From Thermoanaerobaculia bacterium (lineage in GTDB: Bacteria > Acidobacteriota > Thermoanaerobaculia > Gp7-AA8), in assembly GCA_036380735.1 (NCBI GenBank), contig DASVEE010000025.1:3041-67040 (forward strand): a DNA stretch of 64,000 nucleotides. The letters run 5' to 3'. The translations under genes and the position numbers were made by a program. The notes below the pieces were generated by a model. It saw nothing but the letters and a program-made list of their open reading frames with translations. It searched no databases and was not told the origin of the DNA. Below, in pieces: positions 19,194 to 28,145 of the stretch (positions are counted from its first letter, which is position 1; each line of letters begins with the position of its first letter).

Positions 19194-20096
19194 TTACTCC
19201 CGCACCAGGTTCAGGAAGATCGTTTCGAGGTCGTTGCGCACGCTGCGGATCTCGTAGACGTCGAGGTTGCGCAGGGTCAGTTGCCGGTTGATCGCGGCGA
19301 TACGCTCGCCGGGCAGCGCGGGGAGCACGATCTCTCCTTCGTCCATGCGCGCCGCGATCCCCTCGTCGCTGATGGCCTGCACGGCCGCGGCGTTGTCGCT
19401 CGTGGAGACGCGGACGGAGAGCACCTCCTGCCGGTGCCGCCGCAGCTCGTCGATCGTTCCCTGGAACAGCAGCTTCCCGCGCCCGAGAATCCCCACGTGC
19501 GTCGCCACACGCTCCACCTCGGACAACAGATGGCTGGAGACCAGGATCGTGCAGCCATCCCGCCGGTTCAACTCGATCAGCAGGTTGCGGATCTCGATGA
19601 TGCCGCTCGGATCGAGGCCGTTCGTCGGTTCGTCGAGGATGATGAGCGACGGCCGGTGCAGCAGCGCCGCGGCGATCGCCAGCCGTTGCCGCATCCCGAG
19701 CGAGAACTGCTTCGCGCGCTTCTTCCCCGTAGCGGCCAGCCCGACCAGCTCCAGCACCTCGCGGATGCGGCTCCCGGGACAGCGATGCACGACCTGCATC
19801 AGCCGCAGGTTCTCGGCGGCGGTCAGGTGGTCGTAGAGGGAAGGGCTCTCGATCATGGAGCCGACGTGCTGGAGGATGGCGATGCGCTCCCGTTCGAAGC
19901 GCTTGCCGAAGATCCGGATCTCCCCCCGCTGCGTCTTCAGCAGCCCGAGGATCAGACGGAGGGTCGTAGTCTTCCCGGCGCCGTTCGGCCCGAGAAAACC
20001 GTAAATGCTGCCCTCCGGGACGTGCATGTCGATGCCGCGGAGCACGTCCTGCCGGGCAAAGCGGTGGTGGAGATCGGACGTTTCGAGGCAGTACAT
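19194..20096 (-). CDS. ABC transporter ATP-binding protein
   Basis: Walker A GPNGAGKTT, ABC signature LSLGMRQRL, Walker B LIILDEPTNGLD; 300 aa. Confidence 0.9.
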   Translation of the reverse strand: MYCLETSDLHHRFARQDVLRGIDMHVPEGSIYGFLGPNGAGKTTTLRLILGLLKTQRGEIRIFGKRFERERIAILQHVGSMIESPSLYDHLTAAENLRLMQVVHRCPGSRIREVLELVGLAATGKKRAKQFSLGMRQRLAIAAALLHRPSLIILDEPTNGLDPSGIIEIRNLLIELNRRDGCTILVSSHLLSEVERVATHVGILGRGKLLFQGTIDELRRHRQEVLSVRVSTSDNAAAVQAISDEGIAARMDEGEIVLPALPGERIAAINRQLTLRNLDVYEIRSVRNDLETIFLNLVRE

Positions 20097-20162
20097 GACT
20101 TTAAGTAAGAGTTAAATTAGCATCAGCACCAGCGACGGTCAATTCGGGCGTCGCCAAGGGGA

Positions 20163-20675
20163 GTGATGGGGATGAAAACCAGCGCCACTGCCGCCCTCCA
20201 ACTGCACAGCGCGCGGATGCGCCGCTTCGTGACGCTCCTCTGGAGCGTCTCCCTCACGCTGGTCGTGCTGGAGCGCTTCAGCGCCGCCACGATCCGGCTG
20301 TTCGCCAGCGGCTTCGCGGGGGAGGCGGTCCGCGCGCTGGCGTGTCAGGCCGCGGCGGCGGTGCCGGAGGGGTTGTTCCTGCTGGGGCTGTGGTGGGTAC
20401 GCGACGCGCTCGCGGCGTTCGCGCGCGGCGAGTTGTTCGCGCTGCCGATGACGCGGATGCTCGAGCGCGTCGGGGTCGTGCTCGCCTGCGCCTCCGCCGT
20501 GCGCATCCTGCTCGTTCCCGGCGCCTGCCGCCTCCTCGGCTTCGACGCCGGCCACTGGATCGCCTTCGATGCCGCGGGGCTGGTGCTCGGCGCGATCGGC
20601 CTGGCCCTCAAGGCGATCGCCGGGGTGCTGCGCCACGCCGCCACGATCCAGTCCGAGCTCGACGAGATCTTCTGA
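20163..20675 (+). CDS. DUF2975-like membrane protein
   Basis: 170 aa, 4 hydrophobic helices, immediately (1 nt) upstream of a small XRE regulator, the canonical DUF2975/YozG pairing. The opposite-strand ORF 20139..20825 is rejected. Confidence 0.7.
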   Translation: MMGMKTSATAALQLHSARMRRFVTLLWSVSLTLVVLERFSAATIRLFASGFAGEAVRALACQAAAAVPEGLFLLGLWWVRDALAAFARGELFALPMTRMLERVGVVLACASAVRILLVPGACRLLGFDAGHWIAFDAAGLVLGAIGLALKAIAGVLRHAATIQSELDEIF

Positions 20676-20676
20676 C

Positions 20677-20910
20677 ATGCCGATCGTCATCACCATCGAC
20701 GCCGTCCTCGCCGCGCGGAAGTTGAAGGCAAAGGAAGTCGCCGCGATGATCGGCGTCAGCGAGACCCACCTGTCGCTGTTCCGCTCCGGGAAGGTGAAGG
20801 GTGTGCGGTTCTCGACGCTGGCCAAGCTGTGCGCCGCGCTGGAGTGCCAGCCGGGGGATCTGCTGGCGTATCAGCCCGCGCCGGAGGATCTGACCGCGCC
20901 GGAAGACTAG
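20677..20910 (+). CDS. XRE-family helix-turn-helix transcriptional regulator (YozG-like)
   Basis: 77 aa; HTH KLKAKEVAAMIGVSETHLSLFRSGKVKGVRFSTLAKLCAALECQPGDLL; TAG stop lies at the first bases of the adjacent ATAGGAC element. Confidence 0.8.
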   Translation: MPIVITIDAVLAARKLKAKEVAAMIGVSETHLSLFRSGKVKGVRFSTLAKLCAALECQPGDLLAYQPAPEDLTAPED

Positions 20911-20911
20911 A

Positions 20912-21247
20912 GGGGACGATGGGACCTATAGGACGAATAGGACCCATGGGACGGATAGGACGTCGGGGCGCGGACAGGGTGTGTCGGGGCGCGGACAGGG
21001 TGTGTCGGGCCTCCGACAGGGTGTGTCGGGCGTCCGACAGGGTGTGTCGGGCCTCCGACAAGGTGTGTCGGGCCTCGGACAGGGTATGTCGGGCGTCCGA
21101 CAGGGTGTGTCGGGCCTCCGACAGGGTATGTCGGGGCGCGGACGCGGTGCGTCGCAGGCCCGGCACGAACGGAACTTACAGGACGTGCACTCCGCTCCGC
21201 GGAGCCATTCGTCCCATAGGTCCCATTCGTCCCATTCGTCCTATCTA
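20912..21247. repeat. composite ATAGGAC-family element carrying an internal 21-bp tandem array
   Basis: Left arm GGGACGATGGGACCTATAGGACGAATAGGACCCATGGGACGGATAGGAC (20912-20962), right arm CCATTCGTCCCATAGGTCCCATTCGTCCCATTCGTCCTATC (21205-21247); about 190 bp between them is a tandem array. Confidence 0.85.
20965..21152. repeat. tandem array, about 9 copies of 21-bp unit GACAGGGTGTGTCGGGCCTCC
   Basis: Direct reading: CGGACAGGGTGTGTCGGGGCG / CGGACAGGGTGTGTCGGGCCTC / CGACAGGGTGTGTCGGGCGTC ...; each unit contains the mini-palindrome GTCGGGCCTCCGAC. No unique spacers, so not CRISPR. Confidence 0.85.
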
Positions 21248-23818
21248 ATGATGTGAATACGGCGTCTGCAGCGGCGCCACCTGGACCACGGTCATCATGC
21301 CGCGGTCTTCGTGCGCCAGGATGTGGCAGTGGATGACGTAGTAGCCGGAGTAGTCGACGAAGCGGCTGCGCAGCTTGAAGTGCCCCGGGATCTGCACCAC
21401 CGTCGCCCCCTGGCTGTCGACGAACGTGCGGCCGGACGGCATCGGGAAGACGTCCCACCAGATGCGGTTGTTCGGCGGCACGGTGGCGCCGCACGGCTGC
21501 CAGGTCTTCGAATCGTTCGGATCCAGCAGGCACTGGCCGGGACGCACGTTCGTGGGATCGACCGTGTACAGCGGCATCGCGGCGACGTACGTCGAGGGCG
21601 TCGTGACCGGCTTCTTGTTGCCCGCCACCGCGTCCATGGTCAGCTCCGTATCGCTGACGATCGACATCACCATCCCCGGCGCCATGGCTCCGCCGCTGGT
21701 GCTGACGCCATTGATCCAGATCCAGTCGCCGACCTGGAAGTCTTTGGTGAACGCGGTGCCGACACCGGTCACCGTCGATGTATTCGCTGTCGGCGTTGCC
21801 ATCACGACCGTCACCGTGCCGGCGCCGTCGGCCGTCGAGGCCACGGCGTTCGGGTCGAACACCTCCGTCACCTGGAACGGGTTGATGTGGATGTGGAACG
21901 GATGGGAGATCTGGTTGCCCGTCGCCGGCGGATACGTCTTGTTGACGATCTTCCACTCCTCGGCCTTGTTCAGGCCGACCACGACGCCGAGCTCCCCGTC
22001 GAACTGCTTGCCGTCGATGGTCTGCTTCGACGCCGGCGGCGGACCGGGAGGAATCGCCGACGAAGCGAAGACGATGGTCTTCGTCCCCGTCACGTCCTCG
22101 TCCTTGATGTCGGCGAGGAACGCGGGGAAGGTGGGGGCGTTGGGCATGAACTGCATCGCCGGCCCGTCGGGCGTCACGTTCACGGTGAGGAGCGTCGCCG
22201 GCGCAACCGCGGGCTTGGCCGGCGGCCGGTCGCTCGCATCGACCGTGTTGTAGACGAGCACCGCGTACGAGTTGTTGCCGTTCGGCACGTATTTCGGCGC
22301 CTTCACCAGCAGGTCGGCGCGGTTGCCCGAGGCGAGGAGGAACGCGCGGTTGAAATTGCTCGAGCTGCCGTAGTTCGCGTCGTTGAACTGCACGCCGTCC
22401 TGTGCGAGCTGCTTCCACTGCAGCCCCGTCGCCGGCGCGGCGAAGTACACGCCGCCGCGGCCGGACGTGTTGGCGATGCGCCACATCTGCACCGAGCCGC
22501 CCGCCATTTCCAGCGTCGGCTGCAGCGCGCCGTTCACCGAGTACTGCGGACCCGGCCCGCCGCCTCCGCCGAACAGCAGTCCGGGCGTCGTGCCGAGCTG
22601 CTGGATCACCATCGTCTTCGCGTTCGACGAGCGCGTCCACTTCACACCGTTGACGTTGCCGTAGTAGGCATTGATGGCGTCGTCGTAGTCGCCCTCGATG
22701 ATCAGCGCGCCGGTCATGCCGTTCAGGACGTTGATCGTCGTGGAGCCGTGCTTGTGCGCGTGGTACCAGTGCGTGCCGGGCGCCTGTCCCATTACCAGCG
22801 GACGTTTCGGCGCCGCCGCCTCATCCACCTCGGCCGATCCCGCTCCGTCCGTGTTCGGCGTGTGCACGTGTGCGGACGCGGCCCCGGGGATGATTGTCGT
22901 CGCCGTCGACGCCGTGTACAGCGGAAGCTGGAAGCAGTACGGATACGCCGCGACGTAGTACTGCGGCCAGTTCCCCTGCTCAATCAGCTCGTTGTTCGCC
23001 TTGAACCATGCCGGCGCGTGCGTCTCCACCGGATCCATCAGCGTCTTCTGCAGCCCCGCCGACAGATCGCTCCAGCGGCGCGGCCACATGGCCGTCGGGC
23101 CGGCCGCCTTCAGCTTCTGCGTGCACTGCGCGAAGAACTTCGCGAACTCGTCCTTCACCATCGCCTCGGTGATCAGCGGCTCGTTGCTGCCGCCCGTCTT
23201 GCGCGGCGCGGGGCGGATGTTGAGGAACACGTTGTCCGCCGTGGTGTTCGGGCTCGTGTGCGTCCCGTGGTAGTGCATGTTCGTGTAGACCGAGCCGGCG
23301 AAGCAGTCGGGATACTGGTCGGCGCCCGCGCCGGTGCCGGGATAGGAGGAGGTCTCGTCGCACTTGCCGTCGTCGACCCCGGGGAACTTGTTGGCGTCGA
23401 TGACGTTGAGGAACGTCAGCGTCACGATGTCGCCGGCGCGCGCGCGCAGCGTCGGCCCCGGCCGCGGATCGGTGATCGTCGACGACGGCGGATTCCAGCT
23501 CGACGGAGCGGTGGCGCGGTACGCGCGCACCCACTGCGGGTAGCACGGCCCGCCGACGGTGGTCGTCATGCGCACCTGCTCCGAGACCGTGTACAGCGTG
23601 CCGTTGAGCACACCGTCCTTCGTCACGATCTCGTCGAGCACCGGCAGCGCCTGCGTCGGCGTGCACTTGATCGTGTTCGTCGGAGTGGTGGCCTTCGCGC
23701 CCGTTCCGCTTCCGCGTTGTGCCATGGCCGGCGGCACCAGCAGCGCCGTCGCGAGCAGCAGGAGCGACAGCCTGCGTGTAATTGCGTGAATGGAAGAAGG
23801 CGATTTGCGCACGTTCAT
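21245..23818 (-). CDS. multicopper oxidase (three-domain laccase-like, 857 aa, secreted)
   Basis: Start MNVRKSPSSIHAITRRLSLLLLATALLVPPAMAQ (signal peptide); four copper-ligand motifs: HYHGTH, HWYHAHKHG, HPFHIHINPF, HCHILAHEDRGMM. The longer listed ORF (to 24076) has an Arg-rich non-native N-extension and is rejected. Confidence 0.85.
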   Translation of the reverse strand: MNVRKSPSSIHAITRRLSLLLLATALLVPPAMAQRGSGTGAKATTPTNTIKCTPTQALPVLDEIVTKDGVLNGTLYTVSEQVRMTTTVGGPCYPQWVRAYRATAPSSWNPPSSTITDPRPGPTLRARAGDIVTLTFLNVIDANKFPGVDDGKCDETSSYPGTGAGADQYPDCFAGSVYTNMHYHGTHTSPNTTADNVFLNIRPAPRKTGGSNEPLITEAMVKDEFAKFFAQCTQKLKAAGPTAMWPRRWSDLSAGLQKTLMDPVETHAPAWFKANNELIEQGNWPQYYVAAYPYCFQLPLYTASTATTIIPGAASAHVHTPNTDGAGSAEVDEAAAPKRPLVMGQAPGTHWYHAHKHGSTTINVLNGMTGALIIEGDYDDAINAYYGNVNGVKWTRSSNAKTMVIQQLGTTPGLLFGGGGGPGPQYSVNGALQPTLEMAGGSVQMWRIANTSGRGGVYFAAPATGLQWKQLAQDGVQFNDANYGSSSNFNRAFLLASGNRADLLVKAPKYVPNGNNSYAVLVYNTVDASDRPPAKPAVAPATLLTVNVTPDGPAMQFMPNAPTFPAFLADIKDEDVTGTKTIVFASSAIPPGPPPASKQTIDGKQFDGELGVVVGLNKAEEWKIVNKTYPPATGNQISHPFHIHINPFQVTEVFDPNAVASTADGAGTVTVVMATPTANTSTVTGVGTAFTKDFQVGDWIWINGVSTSGGAMAPGMVMSIVSDTELTMDAVAGNKKPVTTPSTYVAAMPLYTVDPTNVRPGQCLLDPNDSKTWQPCGATVPPNNRIWWDVFPMPSGRTFVDSQGATVVQIPGHFKLRSRFVDYSGYYVIHCHILAHEDRGMMTVVQVAPLQTPYSHH

Positions 23819-23838
23819 CTCTGCTCTCCGTTGCTGCG

Positions 23839-24204
23839 TCACGCGATCAGCTCGATCGTCCCGTGCTCGCCGGGATGCACCGTGCAGGCGTAGTAGATGG
23901 TCACCGGAAACTCGACGGTCGCCGGCGGTGTGGGGGAGGCGTCCGCCGTCGCGGTGACGTACGCATTCAGCGACGGCTTCCACGGCTCGATCGCCTTCGT
24001 GATGCTGGCGCCGGGATTCTCGAAGTTCGCGTCGGTGATCGAGAGATCGTGCGGCTCCTCGGTCTGGTTGCTCCACGACACGACATCGCCGGTGGAGGCC
24101 ACCAGTGACTCCGATGGCTCCGTATCCGGGTCGTGGTAAACGTCAGGAACGAAGGTGTTGGGACTCCCTGGATTGATGTTGATACACCACTGCTGTCCGG
24201 CCAT
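23839..24204 (-). CDS. small cupredoxin-like (blue-copper) protein
   Basis: 121 aa; GGAGG SD; C-terminal YYACTVHPGEHGTIEL resembles the type-1 copper Cys-His loop with an upstream His (EEPHDLS). 20 nt upstream of the MCO gene. Confidence 0.5.
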   Translation of the reverse strand: MAGQQWCININPGSPNTFVPDVYHDPDTEPSESLVASTGDVVSWSNQTEEPHDLSITDANFENPGASITKAIEPWKPSLNAYVTATADASPTPPATVEFPVTIYYACTVHPGEHGTIELIA

Positions 24205-24291
24205 GCCGCGCCTCCAATACTTCCCGTTTTAGTGGATGGATCCCACCGAGGAGAGTCGCCGGAGGGGAGTTTCCCTACCCTGAATGATGGG

Positions 24292-24375
24292 TCGATAGGA
24301 CGCAGCCTCAAACCCGCGGAGCGCCTGGTCCCATCCGTCCTATTCGTCCCATTCGTCCTATCCGTCCTATCGTCA
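24292..24375. repeat. ATAGGAC-family element (short left arm)
   Basis: GTCGATAGGACG - ~25-nt loop - GTCCCATCCGTCCTATTCGTCCCATTCGTCCTATCCGTCCTATCGTCA; the terminal TCA is the TGA stop of the gene at 24373..25662. Confidence 0.75.
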
Positions 24376-25662
24376 TCCCCCGCCCATGCGGATGCCGCAC
24401 TGTTTCAGCAGGTCGAACGGCGGCACGCCTCCGGCGAAGATGAAGACGTAGTCGTTGGGCAGGTCGCGCTCCGCGTCGCCGAGGCGCAGCGTCACGCGGT
24501 CGGGGTGGATCACAACCGGCTGCGAGCCAAACAGCGTCTGAATTTTCCCGCCGGCGACCAGCTTCGCGAACGCATCCTCATTCTTCTTCTTGATCCGCAC
24601 CAGCTTGTCGCGCCGGTAGGACAGCGTCACCACGTTGCCCGGCTGCAGCGCCAGGCCGATGGCGGCTTCGACGGCGCTGTCGCCGCCGCCGACGACGAGG
24701 ACGCGCTGCTGGCGGTAGCTCTCCGCGTCCATGAGGCGGTACATGACCTTCGGCAGCTCTTCCCCCGCGACGTCGAGCCGCCGCGGCGTACCGCGCCGCC
24801 CGAGCGCCAGCACCACCGCGCGCGCGCGATGCTCGCCGCGTGCGCTGCGCACGACGAACGCGTCGCCGTCGCGCGCGATCGACTCGACCGGCTCGCCAAA
24901 GCGCACGTCCAGCCCCTTCTGCGCGACGAGCGTCTCGAACAGCTCGAGCAGGCTTTCCTTCGCGTACTCCTCGCGGTCGAGCCGTACGCCGGCCGCGATC
25001 TCCACCGGCTGCAGCAGCACCATCTTGCGCCGCGGGTAGTGGAGGAGGCTGCCGCCGAGGGAGGCTTCCTTCTCCAGCACGACGCAGCGCAGTCCGCGCG
25101 CCGCTGCTTCCGCCGCCGCGCTGAGACCCGAGGGCCCGGCGCCGACCACGAGCACGTCGAGCGCATCGCCGTCGCCCCTGGCGATGTTGCGCATCACCTC
25201 GCGTCCCTGCTTCACCGCGTTCCTTACCAGAGAGAGGCCGCCGAGCTCACCGACGATGTACATCCCCGGGACGGTCGTCTCGTAGTCGTCGGTCAGCAGC
25301 GGGACGTCGGCGCGCGACTTGAGATCGCCGAGACCGACTTCGATCGCGCCGACGGGGCACGCTTCTTCGCAGCGCGCGTGACCGACGCAGCGCAGTCCGT
25401 TCACCACCACCGCCGTCCCGCCGACGATGCCGAGGACGTCGCCTTCAGGGCAGGCGCGCACGCAGGCGCCGCAGCCGATGCAGTGCGCAGGATCGATGAA
25501 CGGGAACTGCGCGTTCGGCTTGTCGATCCCGAGCTGCGCCGCCTCCGTCTTCCGCGCGCGGTCGTGCTTCAGCCGTCGCCGGAACTGCAGCACATACGGC
25601 ACCACGACGCCCGCCGAAATCGCCGCGGCGGCGCCCCACACCAGGAGTGCCTCGGAGATCAT
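24373..25662 (-). CDS. membrane-anchored 2x[4Fe-4S] ferredoxin domain fused to FAD/NAD(P)-dependent pyridine-nucleotide-disulfide oxidoreductase
   Basis: 429 aa; N-terminal TM; CIGCGACVRACP and CVGHARCEEACP cluster motifs; Rossmann GXGXXG VLVVGAGPSGLSAA and a second VLVVGGGDSAVEAA (thioredoxin-reductase-like). Confidence 0.8.
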   Translation of the reverse strand: MISEALLVWGAAAAISAGVVVPYVLQFRRRLKHDRARKTEAAQLGIDKPNAQFPFIDPAHCIGCGACVRACPEGDVLGIVGGTAVVVNGLRCVGHARCEEACPVGAIEVGLGDLKSRADVPLLTDDYETTVPGMYIVGELGGLSLVRNAVKQGREVMRNIARGDGDALDVLVVGAGPSGLSAAAEAAARGLRCVVLEKEASLGGSLLHYPRRKMVLLQPVEIAAGVRLDREEYAKESLLELFETLVAQKGLDVRFGEPVESIARDGDAFVVRSARGEHRARAVVLALGRRGTPRRLDVAGEELPKVMYRLMDAESYRQQRVLVVGGGDSAVEAAIGLALQPGNVVTLSYRRDKLVRIKKKNEDAFAKLVAGGKIQTLFGSQPVVIHPDRVTLRLGDAERDLPNDYVFIFAGGVPPFDLLKQCGIRMGGG

Positions 25663-25668
25663 CCCGCC

Positions 25669-27159
25669 TCAGAAACGGTAGCCGACGCCGACGTTAATCC
25701 GGTGCCCCGCCACAGCGTCGCCGCCGGTCAGCTCCACCTCGGCCCGCGTGAACACGTCGTACGGCAGCTCGATCCACAGGCCGGCGCGAATCCACGAGGT
25801 GATGGTGACGTCGTCGAGCGCCGCTTCGTCGACGGCGATGACGCCGGCCGTCAGCTCCGCCATGTGACCGCCGCCGAAGGAGCGGGCGAAGCGGGTGTTC
25901 GCGAAGACACCGTCGTTGAGCGGCGAGGAGAAGCCGGTGGCGCTGATGCTGGCGCCGACGCCGAAGAAGAGGCTCGGGTGCGACAGGCCGGCGGTGGCGG
26001 AGAACGTGACGTCGTCCTCACCGTTCGCCAGCACGCTGTCCTCTTCGCCCGTGCGGACGCCGCCGCCGACGAAGTAGTTCGGATGCCGCAGCATGACGCG
26101 GAAGCCCTGGCGCAGCTCGTCTTCGATGAGCTGATCGGTCGTGCGCAGGTCATCGTCGATGCCGGGCTGGATCCGCTCGTAGGAGACGCTCAGCGAGGTG
26201 TTCGCGCCGATGCGGCCGATGGCGGTGAGGATCGTGTCGACGCCGCGCTCCTGGTCCGCTTCGCCGGAGATTCCCGCGCGGCCGTGGGCGAAGAAGGAGA
26301 AGCGCTCGCTCGGCGAGTAGCGGCCGTCGACGGCGACGAACGAGCTTTCGTCCGTGTCGTTCTGCGTCTGTACGCCGGCGACGGTGAGCTCCGCCATCGG
26401 CACCGGATTGACGCGCACGAACGCGCCGTACTTCGTCGTCGACGTGTCGGGGGCGAGCTCGGTGATGTTGGGGCGGAAGCCGTAGAACGCGCCCGCCTCG
26501 AAGCCGTCGATGATGCGAACGCGCGCGAGCGCACCGTCGAGATAGCCGAGGCCGATGGCGGGCGTGTTGCCGATGCGTCCGGCTTCGACGGCTACGCGCC
26601 CGTCGAACGGTTCGTAGAGGAGGGACAGCTCATAGAGCCGGTGGCGATCCTGCCCGGCTTCCTGACCGACGCGGAGTCTCGTGCGCACCATGAGCGGTAG
26701 CCCGGCGACGTTGCGTGCGCGGGCGCTGACGCGCGCCAGCGTCCGGCCGTCGCCGCGATCCGTGGTGCCGTGGTCGAGCGAGACGTTGCCGCTGAGCGAG
26801 GTACTCGCGTAACGGCGTCCGCCGCCGAGGCCGGGCATCGCGGGAGGCGGCGGTGGCGGCTGGGCCGCGACCGGAGTGCCGACGCGCCGCACCGCATCGC
26901 CGGCCTGCACCGCCGTCGTCTCGGAGACGATGCGCGCGGACGCCGACTGCTCGGCCGCGAACTGCACCTCGATGACGGCGATGACGTTCCCTCCGCGCAG
27001 CACCTCGAAGCGGTCGCCGACGTTGATCCCCGCGGCGCGGCCGGCGGTGATGTAGATCGTGTTCTCCGTCCGATACCGCACGGCCAACTGCCCCTCGGCC
27101 GCCGCAACTCCGAGGAGCACGATCACCGCGGCGAGCACCGCGCGCGCGGCGGTTTTCAT
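25669..27159 (-). CDS. outer-membrane beta-barrel protein (porin-like), candidate conduit partner of adjacent multihaem cytochromes
   Basis: Start MKTAARAVLAAVIVLLGVAAAEG (signal peptide); 497 aa rich in alternating beta-strand pattern; C-terminal VGVGYRF OMP signature. Start overlaps the upstream cytochrome gene by 4 nt. The listed ORF start 27327 is rejected. Confidence 0.75.
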   Translation of the reverse strand: MKTAARAVLAAVIVLLGVAAAEGQLAVRYRTENTIYITAGRAAGINVGDRFEVLRGGNVIAVIEVQFAAEQSASARIVSETTAVQAGDAVRRVGTPVAAQPPPPPPAMPGLGGGRRYASTSLSGNVSLDHGTTDRGDGRTLARVSARARNVAGLPLMVRTRLRVGQEAGQDRHRLYELSLLYEPFDGRVAVEAGRIGNTPAIGLGYLDGALARVRIIDGFEAGAFYGFRPNITELAPDTSTTKYGAFVRVNPVPMAELTVAGVQTQNDTDESSFVAVDGRYSPSERFSFFAHGRAGISGEADQERGVDTILTAIGRIGANTSLSVSYERIQPGIDDDLRTTDQLIEDELRQGFRVMLRHPNYFVGGGVRTGEEDSVLANGEDDVTFSATAGLSHPSLFFGVGASISATGFSSPLNDGVFANTRFARSFGGGHMAELTAGVIAVDEAALDDVTITSWIRAGLWIELPYDVFTRAEVELTGGDAVAGHRINVGVGYRF

Positions 27160-27965
27160 TCGCGTCCATCCGGATGGCACGAGCGGCAGGCGGTGCTCTC
27201 GTACCGGTAGTTGCGCACGTCGTCGTGCTCGTCGTCCATCTCGTCGCGGCGATGCTCGTGGCAGTTGATGCAGGAGAAGACGCGGAAGTTGTTCTCGTTC
27301 GTATGGCAGTCGTTGCACGAATCCCACGCGCCGCGATGCGGGCCGGAGAAGATCGGGAAGATCTGGTCGTGGTTCGGGAAGAACGCCCCCTCGAACGTGG
27401 CCGTCGAGTGGCAGGTCTCACATTGCCGCGGGAAGCCGGCGTGCGAGGGACGAGCGCGCGAGAGATCGTCGGCGTGACAGGCGATGCAATCGCGGCGGGC
27501 GCCGAAGAAGCGATCGGGCGACTGGGTGTGGCACTCCGCGCACTCGACGCTGACGTGTGCGCCGGTGAGGGGGAACAGCGCGCCGCTATGCACCTCGAGG
27601 ATGCGCGAGCGGTTATGCCAGCCGGTCGTGTCGTGGCAGCGCTCGCAGGCGAACCCGAGCTCCGCGCGATGCGGGTCCTTGTGACAGTCGGCGCAGGCGC
27701 TGCCGACGTGCGCGAAGCGGAGATCCTCGTGGCACCCGGTGCAGTTCACCCCCTTGTGCCCGAAGCGCAGGGGGAAGCCGGTGTGCTTCGCATGATCGAA
27801 GAGGAGGGGACGGCGCAACGAGGTCCAGCTCTCCGCGGTGTGGCAGTTCGAGCACTCCACCGCGATCGGCCCATGCGGATTCTCGACGCGCGGCTGGCTG
27901 ACCAGCCGCAGAGAGCCCGCCACCATGCAGGCGATCGTCAGCACCGCGAAAACGTAGGATTTCAC
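27156..27965 (-). CDS. decahaem c-type cytochrome (paired-CXXCH / c7-like repeats)
   Basis: 269 aa with signal peptide and 10 CXXCH motifs (CSNCH, CTGCH, CADCH, CERCH, CAECH, CIACH, CETCH, CNDCH, CINCH, CRSCH) spaced with conserved His. Confidence 0.85.
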   Translation of the reverse strand: MKSYVFAVLTIACMVAGSLRLVSQPRVENPHGPIAVECSNCHTAESWTSLRRPLLFDHAKHTGFPLRFGHKGVNCTGCHEDLRFAHVGSACADCHKDPHRAELGFACERCHDTTGWHNRSRILEVHSGALFPLTGAHVSVECAECHTQSPDRFFGARRDCIACHADDLSRARPSHAGFPRQCETCHSTATFEGAFFPNHDQIFPIFSGPHRGAWDSCNDCHTNENNFRVFSCINCHEHRRDEMDDEHDDVRNYRYESTACRSCHPDGRE

Positions 27966-28012
27966 GCTTGCGAAGGGGCTTGTGCAAACGGCGTGTCATG
28001 CCGGTAGGCAGC

Positions 28013-28145
28013 CATAGGACGAATAGGACCGATAGGACCGATGGGACGAATAGGACCTATAGGACGGATAGGACCTATCGGTCTCGGGTGGGCGGGGCCC
28101 CATTCGTCCTATAGGTCCTATAGGTCCTATTCGTCCTATCGTTCC
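28013..28145. repeat. ATAGGAC-iterated palindromic element (copy inside the cytochrome operon)
   Basis: Seven forward units CCATAGGACGAATAGGACCGATAGGACCGATGGGACGAATAGGACCTATAGGACGGATAGGACCTATCGG - loop - CCCATTCGTCCTATAGGTCCTATAGGTCCTATTCGTCCTATCGTTCC. Right arm overlaps the 3-prime end of the 23-haem cytochrome gene. Confidence 0.9.

Noticed and set aside
20139-20825. 228-aa minus-strand ORF overlapping the DUF2975/XRE pair
   Set aside because: Arg/Gly-rich composition; the plus-strand alternative gives a four-helix membrane protein followed 1 nt later by a canonical XRE HTH protein, a well-known gene pair.
20829-21256. ORFs encoding GPIGPIRPI / MGRIGRRG collagen-like or RVCRASDRVCRASD repeat peptides (also 771..971, 63106..63339, 63298..63567, 40739..40948, 44087..44500)
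   Set aside because: They are read through ATAGGAC-family elements or the 21-bp tandem array. The periodic peptide simply mirrors the 9-bp or 21-bp DNA periodicity on both strands, so it is repeat-induced, not coding.
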